DNA of 64,000 nucleotides, taken from positions 1,591-65,590 of the forward strand of contig JAVBUG010000158.1 in NCBI GenBank assembly GCA_031555515.1, given 5' to 3'. This DNA is from Microbacterium sp. Its GTDB lineage: Bacteria > Actinomycetota > Actinomycetes > Actinomycetales > Microbacteriaceae. A program made the position numbers and the translations under genes. Under the pieces are notes generated by a model that was not told where the DNA came from, ran no database searches, and worked only from the letters and a program-made list of their open reading frames with translations. Shown in pieces: positions 1 through 8,909 of this stretch (within the stretch, counting starts at the first letter, position 1; every line of letters begins with the position of its first letter).

Positions 1-171
1 GAGGGCCCGGTAGCCGGTGATGACGCCGCGCGCCTCGAGCCGCCGCACCCGTGCCTGCACCGCCGAGATCGACAGACCGACGGCCGCAGACAGGTCGGCG
101 AGGGTGGCGCGGGCGTCCTGCGACACCTCGCGCACGATGGCGGCGTCGATCGCGTCATCCAGTGCAGGCAC
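1..171 (-). CDS. Lrp/AsnC family transcriptional regulator (5' part, runs off window)
   Basis: Not in ORF track; manual translation VPALDDAIDAAIVREVSQDARATLADLSAAVGLSISAVQARVRRLEARGVITGYRAL is a typical AsnC HTH; divergent from the DUF6421 gene. Confidence 0.85.
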   Translation of the reverse strand, partial: MPALDDAIDAAIVREVSQDARATLADLSAAVGLSISAVQARVRRLEARGVITGYRAL

Positions 172-278
172 GACTCGACCCTAGCGGCGCAACAGGAAGA
201 TTTCCTGCCGAAACTCGAAACCAAGGGAACTTCTCTAGAATCAGGAGTGAAACCGCACTCGAAGATCGGAGGTTCACC

Positions 279-1700
279 ATGTCCAGCAGCACCCTTCACA
301 CGTCGAAGGCGATCGTCGGCGAGCCCGAGGTCGTCGAGGACGCCCGCGTCGCCGAGTCGAGCGGCGCCTGGCTGCGCCTCAAGGCCGCGGCGACCGCGAT
401 CCAGAGCCTCCAGGTGCAGGACGGATCGATTCCGGATGCCGCCGCCCACGGCGAGGCCCGCGCTCTGGTCGCCGAGATCACGGCCGGCATCTGCGCGCTC
501 GCGCCCGCGTTCCCCCACGACGCCGAATACCTCGCGGCCTCCGTGCGCGACTTCGAGCGCTGGACGGACCAGGGGTTCGGCGTGCCCGACTTCCTCGAGT
601 CGCTCGAGGCATTCCAGCCCCAGCAGCAGCGGGCTGACGGCATCCGTCATCTCGTCGTCTTCCCGATGTACACGCAGAACGGCTCGCGCGACCGGCACGT
701 CGAGGCGGTGCTCGTCGAGGTGATCTGGCCCGAGTTCATCGCGCAGCTCGAGGTCGGCGACTACGGCAACAAGCTGTTCGTGTCGCTGCGATTCGTCGAT
801 TTCACGCCGGGGTACGACACGAATTCCGCGGTGCTGTTCCCCGAGACCGTCGCGATGCGCGAGATCCCGACGTTCACGTGGGGCGCGATCTTCCAGGACC
901 GCGAGGCCGCGCGCTACCGCCGCGTCGTGCGCGCCGCCGCCGAGATCACCAAGCTCGACCTGCCGGACGACGCCGCGCGCATGCTCGACGACCAGCAGCT
1001 CACCGAGAAGACGTTCGTGATGTGGGACATCATCCACGACCGCACCCACATGCGCGGCGACCTGCCGTTCGACCCCTTCATGATCAAGCAGCGGATGCCG
1101 TACTTCCTGTACTCGCTCGAAGAGCTGCGCTGCGACCTCACGGCGTTCCGCGAGTGCGTCGCGATCGAGCGACGCCTGACGGCGCAAGACTCGCTCACCA
1201 ACGCCGAGGCAGAGATGCTCGACCACGCGAAGCTCGTGCAGTACGCGGTGATCTTCGACCGCATCTTCCGGTTCTCGATCACCGGCTCGCGCGTGCTCAA
1301 CTACGACGGGCTCGGCGGCCAGCTGCTGTTCGCGTGGCTGCACCAGCGCGACGTGCTGCACTGGACCGACACCGCGCTCGCCTTCGACTGGGACGACGTG
1401 CCCGCCGCTGTGATCGCGCTCGGCGAGGCCATCGACGAGCTGTACTGGCGCTCGATCGACCGGCCCAAGACCGCGCACTGGCTCGCGGCGTACGATCTCG
1501 TGCGCTCGACGCTGACGCCGAACCCCGCCTCGCACTGGGCGCGGGGCCTGAGTGACGAGATCCTCGCCGGCGCGCCGAAGGGTTACACCGACGCGATCCT
1601 GGACGACGAGTTCCCGCTGTCGATGTTCTTCGAGGCCCTCGACAAGAAGATGAAGCCCGTCATCGAATCGACCGCCGGGATCACCGGCGCGGCTTCCTGA
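279..1700 (+). CDS. DUF6421-like conserved actinobacterial protein
   Basis: RBS GGAGG before ATG279; blocks HLVVFPMYTQNGS, GYDTNSAVLFPE, IHDRTHMRGDLPFDPFMIK, LEELRCDL; upstream of SDR and threonine aldolase. Confidence 0.75.
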   Translation: MSSSTLHTSKAIVGEPEVVEDARVAESSGAWLRLKAAATAIQSLQVQDGSIPDAAAHGEARALVAEITAGICALAPAFPHDAEYLAASVRDFERWTDQGFGVPDFLESLEAFQPQQQRADGIRHLVVFPMYTQNGSRDRHVEAVLVEVIWPEFIAQLEVGDYGNKLFVSLRFVDFTPGYDTNSAVLFPETVAMREIPTFTWGAIFQDREAARYRRVVRAAAEITKLDLPDDAARMLDDQQLTEKTFVMWDIIHDRTHMRGDLPFDPFMIKQRMPYFLYSLEELRCDLTAFRECVAIERRLTAQDSLTNAEAEMLDHAKLVQYAVIFDRIFRFSITGSRVLNYDGLGGQLLFAWLHQRDVLHWTDTALAFDWDDVPAAVIALGEAIDELYWRSIDRPKTAHWLAAYDLVRSTLTPNPASHWARGLSDEILAGAPKGYTDAILDDEFPLSMFFEALDKKMKPVIESTAGITGAAS

Positions 1701-1708
1701 CCGCGCCG

Positions 1709-1796
1709 CGCGTTCAGAACATATGCTCTCGCCGAGACGACACGTTGCGCACGCGCATATCGCGTGCATTCGGCGAGAGCACGTGTTCTGGACGCG
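1709..1796. repeat. Long imperfect inverted repeat (REP-like hairpin) inside operon
   Basis: CGCGTTCAGAACATATGCTCTCGCCGA ... TCGGCGAGAGCACGTGTTCTGGACGCG. Confidence 0.7.
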
Positions 1797-1812
1797 ATGA
1801 GGGGCTGACCGG

Positions 1813-2529
1813 ATGAGTGCGGCAGGAGTTTCGGGACGCGTCGTCCTGATCGCCGGGGCGACGAGCGCATCGGGCCTGACGGCATCCCGCGTCCTGCGCG
1901 ACGCCGGTGCCCGTGTGGTGGCTGTCGGGCGCAACGACCGCAAACTGCGTGAGTTGGTCGATTCACTCGACACGGATGCCGCGCCCCTGGGCACTGCGCC
2001 GGCAGGAAGCGTCCGAACCGAGGTGTGCGACCTGGGTGACGAGTCAGCGGTGGCTTCCCTCGCGGAGCGCGTCCACAACACGGACGGAACAGTCGACGGC
2101 GTGTTGCACCTCGTCGGCGGTTGGCGCGGCGGCGGCGGGCTCGCCGGGCAGACCGACGCCGACTTCCGCTTCCTCGAGGGCTCGCTCACCGCGCTGCGCC
2201 ACGTGAGCCGTGCGTTCGACGCCGATCTGCGGGCATCCGGGGCCGGACGCCTCGCCGTGGTGTCGTCCACGGCGGTGGCGCGTCCGCTCGCCGGCGGCGC
2301 GAACTACGCCGCGGTGAAGGCCGCGACCGAGGCGTGGACGCGCGCCGTCGCGCAGGGCTTCGCGAAGGATGCCCGGGACTCCGGGAAGCCGCTGGCCGCA
2401 GCATCCGTCATCTTCCGTGTGAAGACCCTCGACGGGCTCGAGCCGGCGCTCGCGCAGCGGTTCGCCGACCTCTGGCTCGCCGATGCCGCCGAGCTCAACG
2501 ACACCGTGCTCGACCTCACGTCGAACTAG
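1813..2529 (+). CDS. SDR family oxidoreductase
   Basis: N-terminal VVLIAGATSASG Rossmann-like motif; YAAVK (YxxxK). Confidence 0.85.
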   Translation: MSAAGVSGRVVLIAGATSASGLTASRVLRDAGARVVAVGRNDRKLRELVDSLDTDAAPLGTAPAGSVRTEVCDLGDESAVASLAERVHNTDGTVDGVLHLVGGWRGGGGLAGQTDADFRFLEGSLTALRHVSRAFDADLRASGAGRLAVVSSTAVARPLAGGANYAAVKAATEAWTRAVAQGFAKDARDSGKPLAAASVIFRVKTLDGLEPALAQRFADLWLADAAELNDTVLDLTSN

Positions 2530-2540
2530 ATTGGACACCC

Positions 2541-3611
2541 GTGACCACGATCCACGACCCGAACCTGCGCGGCTTCGCCAGCGACAACTACTCCGGCATC
2601 CACCCCGAGGTGCTCGCGGCGATCGGTGCCGCAGGCGGCGGCCACCAGGTCGCGTACGGCGACGACGTCTACACCGAGCGCCTGCAGTCCGTGATGGCGC
2701 GCCACTTCGGCGAGGGCGTCGAGGCGTACCCGGTGTTCAACGGCACCGGCGCGAACGTCGTCGGGCTGCAGTCGATGCTCCCCCGCTGGGGCGCCGTGGT
2801 CTCGGCCGGTACCGCGCACATCAACGTCGACGAGGGCGGCGCGCCCGAGCGCGTGGCCGGCATCAAGCTGCTGACCGTCCCGACGGACGACGGCAAGCTC
2901 ACCCCGGCGCTCATCGACCGCGAGGCGTGGGGCTGGGGCGACGAGCACCGCGCGCAACCGCTCGTGGTGTCGATCACGCAGTCGACCGAGCTCGGCACGC
3001 TGTACACCGTCGATGAGATCACGGCGATCGCCGACCACGCGCACAGCCTCGGCATGCACGTGCACATGGACGGCTCGCGCATCTCGAACGCGGCCGCGTC
3101 GCTCGACGTGCCGTTCCGCGCCTTCACGCGCGACGCGGGCGTCGACGTGCTGAGCTTCGGCGGCACCAAGAACGGTGCGATGCTCGGCGAGGCCGTCGTG
3201 GTGCTCAACCCGTCGGCGTCGGAAGGGCTGAAGTTCCTCCGCAAGCTCGACATGCAGCTCGCCTCGAAGATGCGGTTCGTGTCGGCGCAGCTGCTCGCGC
3301 TCCTCGAGGGCGACCTGTGGCACCGCAACGCCTCGCACTCCAACGCGATGGCGCAGCGCCTGCGCGCCGGTATCGAGGCGGGGCTCGCCGACGGCACGAT
3401 CCAGGGCGTCGCGTTCACGCAGCCGACGCAGGCGAACGGCGTCTTCGCGACCCTGCCCGACGGCGTCGCCGAGCGCCTGCGCACCTCGTTCAAGTTCTAC
3501 GACTGGGATGCCGCGAAGAACGAGGTGCGCTGGATGTGCTCGTTCGACACGTCCGAGAACGACATCGACGCCTTCCTCGCGGCGATCGCGCGGGAGACCT
3601 CGGCGGCCTGA
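2541..3611 (+). CDS. ltaE: Low-specificity L-threonine aldolase (PLP)
   Basis: FASDNYSG, NGTGAN, HMDGSR, SFGGTKNG (PLP lysine), SKMRF; GTG start 2541. Confidence 0.85.
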   Translation: MTTIHDPNLRGFASDNYSGIHPEVLAAIGAAGGGHQVAYGDDVYTERLQSVMARHFGEGVEAYPVFNGTGANVVGLQSMLPRWGAVVSAGTAHINVDEGGAPERVAGIKLLTVPTDDGKLTPALIDREAWGWGDEHRAQPLVVSITQSTELGTLYTVDEITAIADHAHSLGMHVHMDGSRISNAAASLDVPFRAFTRDAGVDVLSFGGTKNGAMLGEAVVVLNPSASEGLKFLRKLDMQLASKMRFVSAQLLALLEGDLWHRNASHSNAMAQRLRAGIEAGLADGTIQGVAFTQPTQANGVFATLPDGVAERLRTSFKFYDWDAAKNEVRWMCSFDTSENDIDAFLAAIARETSAA

Positions 3612-3638
3612 CCCCGCACGCCGTCCCCCGCTCGCCGT

Positions 3639-3759
3639 CCCCCGCTCGTTGAGCGAGCGAGGAACGAGCGAGACGAAACGCCCCGAACCCGGCGCAGGCC
3701 GCGGGTTCGGGGCGTTTCGTCTTCGCGCGCCAGAGCGCGCTCCGCTCAACGAGCGGGGG
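3639..3759. repeat. REP-like nested palindrome between convergent genes
   Basis: CCCCCGCTCGTTGAGCG ... GACGAAACGCCCCGAACCC / GGGTTCGGGGCGTTTCGTC ... CGCTCAACGAGCGGGGG; half copy at about 34200-34230. Confidence 0.8.
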
Positions 3760-3765
3760 TAGGGG

Positions 3766-5319
3766 TCAGCCCTCGGCGTGCTCGCCCTCCGGCTCAGCGC
3801 CCTCGCCGTCCGCCACCTCGGACTCGGCAACCTCGGCCTCGGCGTTCACCGCGGCGGCAGCATCCGTCTCCGCTGCCTCCTCGCCCTCGACCACGGCCTC
3901 GGCCGACGCGAGGACGCCCTCGGGGCGGATGAGCTCCTTGACCTCGGCCATGAAGCTCATGAGCTGGTGCTGCTGCCAGCGCAGCTGGCGGGTGCGGTCC
4001 TCGGCGTCGCGGAGCACCGACTGCGAGTGCGTGGTGACGAGGTCGATGATGCGCTCGGCCTTCACGTGGGCGCGATCGAGGTGCTCGCGGGCGCGCAGCT
4101 GCGCGTCGGCCTCGATCTGCTGCGACTGGGCCCGCATGAGGCGCTCGAAGTCCTCGGCCTTCACCGAGACGCGCTGCGCGTGCTCGAGCGATGCGGTGAC
4201 CTGCTCGTTGGCGTCCTGCGTGATGCGTTCGGCGTGGGCGACCGCCTGGTTGTGCAGCACGAGGAACTCCTGGTGCGCGTCGTCCTGGCGGCGGGTGAGG
4301 GATGCCTCGAACTCGAGGGCGCGCAGACGCAGCTCGCGCACCGTCTCTTCGGCCTCCGAGCGGTCGCGCGCGGTCTCGCGGGCCACGGTCGAGCGCAGCA
4401 CGGCCGCGCCCTTCTCGGCCTCGGAGCGAATGGCCGCGGCCTCACGCTCGGCCTGCGAGACCTTCTCAGCCGCGTGCGCGGCCTCGCGCTCGAGGCGCGC
4501 CTCATGGGCGGTCAGCTCGGTGTCGATCTTGAGCTGGATCTGCTGAGCATCGTGCTGAGCCTGCGACACGATGCCGTCGGCCTCGGCCTGCGCCGATGCC
4601 CGGCGGTTCGCGATCTCTTCGCGGGCGGCCTCGAGCAGGCGGTCGCCCTGGATCGTGGCATTGCGGATGAGGAGGCTCGCCTGGTCTTCGGCGACGCGCA
4701 GCACCTCTTCGAACTGCTGACGGTTGGGCGACTCGGTGGTCGCGCCGACGAGTTCATCGCTCAGGGTCTGCACGCGCTGCTCGGCATCGGCGATCTTGGC
4801 GTTCGCGAGTTCGAGCTCGCCCTGCAGCCGCTGCACGGCGTCGCCCTCTTCCTCGCGGGCGGCCGAAGCCTCGGCGGCGACGCGCTCGAGGTCGGCCTGG
4901 CGCGTCTGCTCGGCGTCGGCGAGAGCCGCTTCGAGACGCTCGATCTCTTCCTGCCGAGCCACGAGGGTGGCGTCGATCTCGGCCTGACGTTCGGCGATCG
5001 CCGCGTCGATCTCGGCCTGGCGGCGCTCGTTCGCCGCCTGGAGCTCGGCCTCGAGCCGCTCCGCCTTCGCGCGGCTCTGCGCGACGGCGGCACCGGCGCG
5101 GCGCTGGTGCTGCTTGAGCTGCGCGACCTCGTCGCTGGCGGCGCGCATGCGCGCGTCGAGCCCGGCGATGGCCGCGTCGACCTCTTCCTTGTCGTACCCG
5201 CGGAAGGTCGTCGTGAAGCCCGACCCGAACGCGGTGGTCGCCGTGTCGCCGATGAGGTTGTCGAACGGGGTCGGGTCGTCCTGACCCGTGTTTCCGGCGC
5301 TCTGGGCGTGGTCGGACAT
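3766..5319 (-). CDS. DivIVA-domain long coiled-coil protein
   Basis: FTTTFRGYDKEEVD DivIVA motif followed by an A/E/R-rich coiled coil. Confidence 0.75.
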   Translation of the reverse strand: MSDHAQSAGNTGQDDPTPFDNLIGDTATTAFGSGFTTTFRGYDKEEVDAAIAGLDARMRAASDEVAQLKQHQRRAGAAVAQSRAKAERLEAELQAANERRQAEIDAAIAERQAEIDATLVARQEEIERLEAALADAEQTRQADLERVAAEASAAREEEGDAVQRLQGELELANAKIADAEQRVQTLSDELVGATTESPNRQQFEEVLRVAEDQASLLIRNATIQGDRLLEAAREEIANRRASAQAEADGIVSQAQHDAQQIQLKIDTELTAHEARLEREAAHAAEKVSQAEREAAAIRSEAEKGAAVLRSTVARETARDRSEAEETVRELRLRALEFEASLTRRQDDAHQEFLVLHNQAVAHAERITQDANEQVTASLEHAQRVSVKAEDFERLMRAQSQQIEADAQLRAREHLDRAHVKAERIIDLVTTHSQSVLRDAEDRTRQLRWQQHQLMSFMAEVKELIRPEGVLASAEAVVEGEEAAETDAAAAVNAEAEVAESEVADGEGAEPEGEHAEG

Positions 5320-5534
5320 CGGTATCTCCGCTTTCTGTGGCGAGGGTGGTGCAACGTCGGCGAGTGCTCGCGGCGGAGGCGTGCGATACCGCGCCCGCCG
5401 CGCCGGCGAACGGGTCGCCGCGCGCGCGGGCAGCGATGGCCGCACCGTCCTCGACGACACCGGGGGGTGTGTCGCGGGTGACTGCGCTTCGGGGGTAGGT
5501 GAACCCTACATCGCGCTGCTGTGTGCGCGAAACG

Positions 5535-7448
5535 TCATTCGCCCGCGAGCCACTGGCGGTACGCGTCGAACGACGACGGACGCCCGAGGAAGGCCTCGAC
5601 GAGGTCCCGCGCGTCCCGCGATCCGCCCCGTTCCAGCACCTCCGTGCGGTATCGACGAGCAGCCTCGGGATCCATCAGTCCGGCCGCGAAACCGCTCAGC
5701 AGGTCGCGCGCGATCACGAGGCTCCACTGTTACGTGTAGTAGCAGGCGCCGTAGCCCGTGAGGTGGCCGAATCCGGCATACGAGTGCAGTCCGCCCAGCG
5801 GCTGAACGGGACTGGATGCCGCGTACAGGCGCTCCGTCTCGGCCTGCAGGTCGGCGGGCCGGTCGACGTGGAGGTGGTACGACACGTTCGCGTGGCCGAG
5901 CTGGCGGCGCACCTCGAGCGCGCGGCCGAACGCGTCGGCGGTGCGCATGCGCTCGACGAGATCGGCCGGGATCGGCTCGCCATCGGCGTTCGCGCTGAAC
6001 GAGGCCAGGACCTCGGCGTCCCATGCCCACTCCTCGAGGAGCTGGCTGGGCGCTTCGACGAAGTCCCACTCCGTCGCGACGCCGCTGAAGCGCGCGAAAC
6101 GCTGCCGGCCGCCGAGGATGTCGTGCACGAGGTGCCCGAACTCGTGGAAGAACGTCACGACCTCGTCGTGTTCGAGCAGGCCGCGCGAGAAGTTGCAGAG
6201 CAGCGCCGCCTCGGGAAGCACCCGCCCTGAGACCCCGGGCGCCAGCGGGAAGCACGCAGCGTGGCTGAACTTGCCCTCGCGCGGGTGCAGGTCGAGGTGG
6301 ATGCGGCCGAGGCGCTCGCCGCCGCGCACCACATCGAACGACTGCACGTCGTCGTGCCACGCGGGAACGTCGACGGGCACGTACTCGACGTCGAGCAGCC
6401 GACCGGTGACATCGAGAACGCCCGCGACGACGCGCTCGAACGGGAAGTACGACCGCACGAGCTGTGCGTCGACGTCGTACTGCTCTCGTTTGATCGCCCC
6501 GAGCAGGTACCAGAAGTCGGCGATCGAGACGACGTCGGCATCGGGGGTGTCACGGCGCAGGCGTTCGAGCAGGATCGGGTACTCGGCATCCGTCGCCGCC
6601 TGTGAGGCGTCGTCGAGACGCGACAGGAATGCCGGGATCTCGGCGCCCGCGCCGATCATGCGGGTCTCGGTCTCGTAGTCGGCCCAGTCCGGGTAGCCGA
6701 GGAGGCGGGCGCGCTCGGCACGCACCTCGAGCAGTTCCGCGAGGATCGCGTCGTTCTCGGGCCACGCGACGTCGTTGTAGGCGCTCACCAGCGCGACGCG
6801 CGTCGCCCGGTCGTGGGCGTAGTCGCGCACCGGCATGAGGTCGGGGTAGTCGGTCGACAGCGTCACACGGCCCTGTTCGTCGGCGGGGTGTGCGTCGATG
6901 AAGTCCTGCGGCATTCCGGCGAGGCCCTCGACAGGGACGGTGATCTCGCGGCGCCCGTCGCGGATGTTGCGCGAGAAGGCGAGCGACAGCTCGGTGTCGC
7001 GGTCCGCCAGCTGTCGTGCCCGCTCGCGGTCGGCCTCGTCGAGCTCGACGCCGCCGCGACGGAAGTCGCGCAGCAGGTGGGTGAGCAGACGTGCCTGGTC
7101 GTCGTCGAGGCCGGCGGTCGAGGCATCCGCGAACGCATTCCACAGGTCGCGGTTCAAGAGGCGCGCCGCCGACAGCGACTCGACCGCCTGCACCTGCGAC
7201 TCCGCGGTCTCGCGCACCTCGGCGTCGGGGTGCGCCTCGCTCACGACGTACGCCTCGCTGAGTGCCTCGGCGAGCGCGATGTCGGCGTCGTTCCAGAGTT
7301 CGAGGCGCTCAGCGGTGGTCAGTGCGGTCTCGGAGGTCAGGCGGGTGTCGATCTCGTTCACGCGGGCGATGCGTTCGGCGGGGCGCTCGGTCACGAAGGC
7401 CGCCCAGCCGGCGGCGTCGGACGGGAAGGGCAGGGGTGCGAGAGTCAC
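5535..7448 (-). pseudogene. M3 family metallopeptidase with in-frame premature TAA (5730-5732)
   Basis: FFHEFGHLVH (HExxH), DFVEAPSQLLEEW; ...GACYYT-TAA-QWSLVIARDLL... continues in the same frame to 5535. Confidence 0.8.
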
Positions 7449-7513
7449 CCTGCGAGCCTATGCGCGGGCGGCGACACCGCGCGAGGGCGGGATCCCGGCA
7501 CGCGTGAGCGGGG

Positions 7514-8101
7514 TCAGCGCAGCGCGCCGACGCTCGCGAGGGCCATGCGCACGAGAGTGCCGCGTCCGCCCTCCATCTCGGCGGAGAGGGCATCGGATGC
7601 CGCCTCCTCCGGTGTCAGCCAGGTCACCTCGAGCGCGTCCTGACGCGGCTCGCACGTGCCGGTGACGGGGACGACGAACGCGAGCGACACCGCGTGCTGC
7701 CGGTCGTCGTGGTAGGCGCTGACGCCCGGGAGCGGGAAGTACTCGGCGACGGTGAACGGCGTCGGCTGCGGCGGCAGCATGGGGAAGGCCATCGGCCCGA
7801 GGTCGTTCTCGAGGTGCCGGAACAGCGCGTCGCGGACGGTCTCGCCGTACCGCACGCGGCCCGACACGATGGTGCGCGAGATCTCGCCGATGGGGGTCGC
7901 CCGCAGCAGGATGCCGACCTGGGTGACCTGTCCCATGCCGTCGGTGCGCACCGGAACGCCCTCGACGTAGAGCATCGGCAGCCGACGACGAGCCTCTTCG
8001 AGCTCGATGTCGCTCAGCCACGCGGGGTTCGAGACGTTGCCGGCCGGCGGGCCGAACGGCTCGTCGCCCGCAGGTTCGGGGTCGGGAGTGCGCACGGACA
8101 T
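7514..8101 (-). CDS. NUDIX-like hydrolase (DUF4916-type)
   Basis: VSGRVRYGETVRDALFRHLENDLG NUDIX-box-like segment. Confidence 0.7.
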   Translation of the reverse strand: MSVRTPDPEPAGDEPFGPPAGNVSNPAWLSDIELEEARRRLPMLYVEGVPVRTDGMGQVTQVGILLRATPIGEISRTIVSGRVRYGETVRDALFRHLENDLGPMAFPMLPPQPTPFTVAEYFPLPGVSAYHDDRQHAVSLAFVVPVTGTCEPRQDALEVTWLTPEEAASDALSAEMEGGRGTLVRMALASVGALR

Positions 8102-8192
8102 GCCTCTTGTATACCCCGCGCGACCCACCCGCGACGAGGACCGCACCCGTTCGGGCCTCGGCCGTGTCGGCGCCGCATGTCAGGATGAGGGC

Positions 8193-8858
8193 ATGCCGGA
8201 AGCGCTCGTCCTCGATGCCGACGCCGTGCTGTGGTCGACCGAGCGGTCGGCCCTCGCCGGACGCCACCTCCTCCTGCTCCTGCACGGCTACGGCGCCGAC
8301 GAGCACGACCTGTACCCCTTGCGGGGCTACCTTCCCGACACGTTCGTGGTCGCGAGCCTCGCGGCTCCCCTGGTTCCGCCGTGGCCGGCGCCCGGTCGCT
8401 CCTGGTACCCGATCGACGGCCTGGACGGGCGCGACCCCTCGCACGTCACGCGCGCGGCCGAGGCCGTGATCGCCTGGGTCGACGCGCACGCGGGGGCCGC
8501 AGCATCCATCGGTCTTCTCGGTTTCTCGCAAGGCGGAGCGGTGTCGCTGCAGGCGATGCGCCTCGACCCGCAGCGGTTCGCGTTCGCCGTGAACCTGTCG
8601 GGCTACGTGACGCCTGGCGAGCTGCCGAACGACGCCGAGCTCGCCGAGCGGAGACCCCCGGTGTTCTGGGGGCGGGGCACCAACGACGACGTCATCCCCG
8701 GCTTCCTCATCGAGCACACGACGCAGTGGCTGCCCGAGCGCGTCGACCTGAGCGGCCGCGTGTACCAGGGCCTCAGCCACAGCGTCTCTGAGCAGGAGCT
8801 CGACGACGTGCGCATCTTCCTCGACAAGCGTCTGGAAGAGGTCGACGGCGCATCGTAG
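8193..8858 (+). CDS. Alpha/beta hydrolase (phospholipase/carboxylesterase)
   Basis: LLHGYG, GFSQGG nucleophile elbow, D and H (LSHSV). Confidence 0.85.
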   Translation: MPEALVLDADAVLWSTERSALAGRHLLLLLHGYGADEHDLYPLRGYLPDTFVVASLAAPLVPPWPAPGRSWYPIDGLDGRDPSHVTRAAEAVIAWVDAHAGAAASIGLLGFSQGGAVSLQAMRLDPQRFAFAVNLSGYVTPGELPNDAELAERRPPVFWGRGTNDDVIPGFLIEHTTQWLPERVDLSGRVYQGLSHSVSEQELDDVRIFLDKRLEEVDGAS

Positions 8859-8867
8859 GCGAACGCG

Positions 8868-8903
8868 GCGGAAGGGCCGGATGACGGCATCCGACCCTTC
8901 CGC
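8868..8903. terminator. Bidirectional hairpin terminator between convergent genes
   Basis: GCGGAAGGG-CCGGATG ... CATCCG-A-CCCTTCCGC. Confidence 0.65.
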
Positions 8904-8909
8904 GCGATG

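Noticed and set aside
51-278. N-terminal extension of the first ORF
   Set aside because: Overlaps the divergent Lrp gene; the RBS supports ATG at 279
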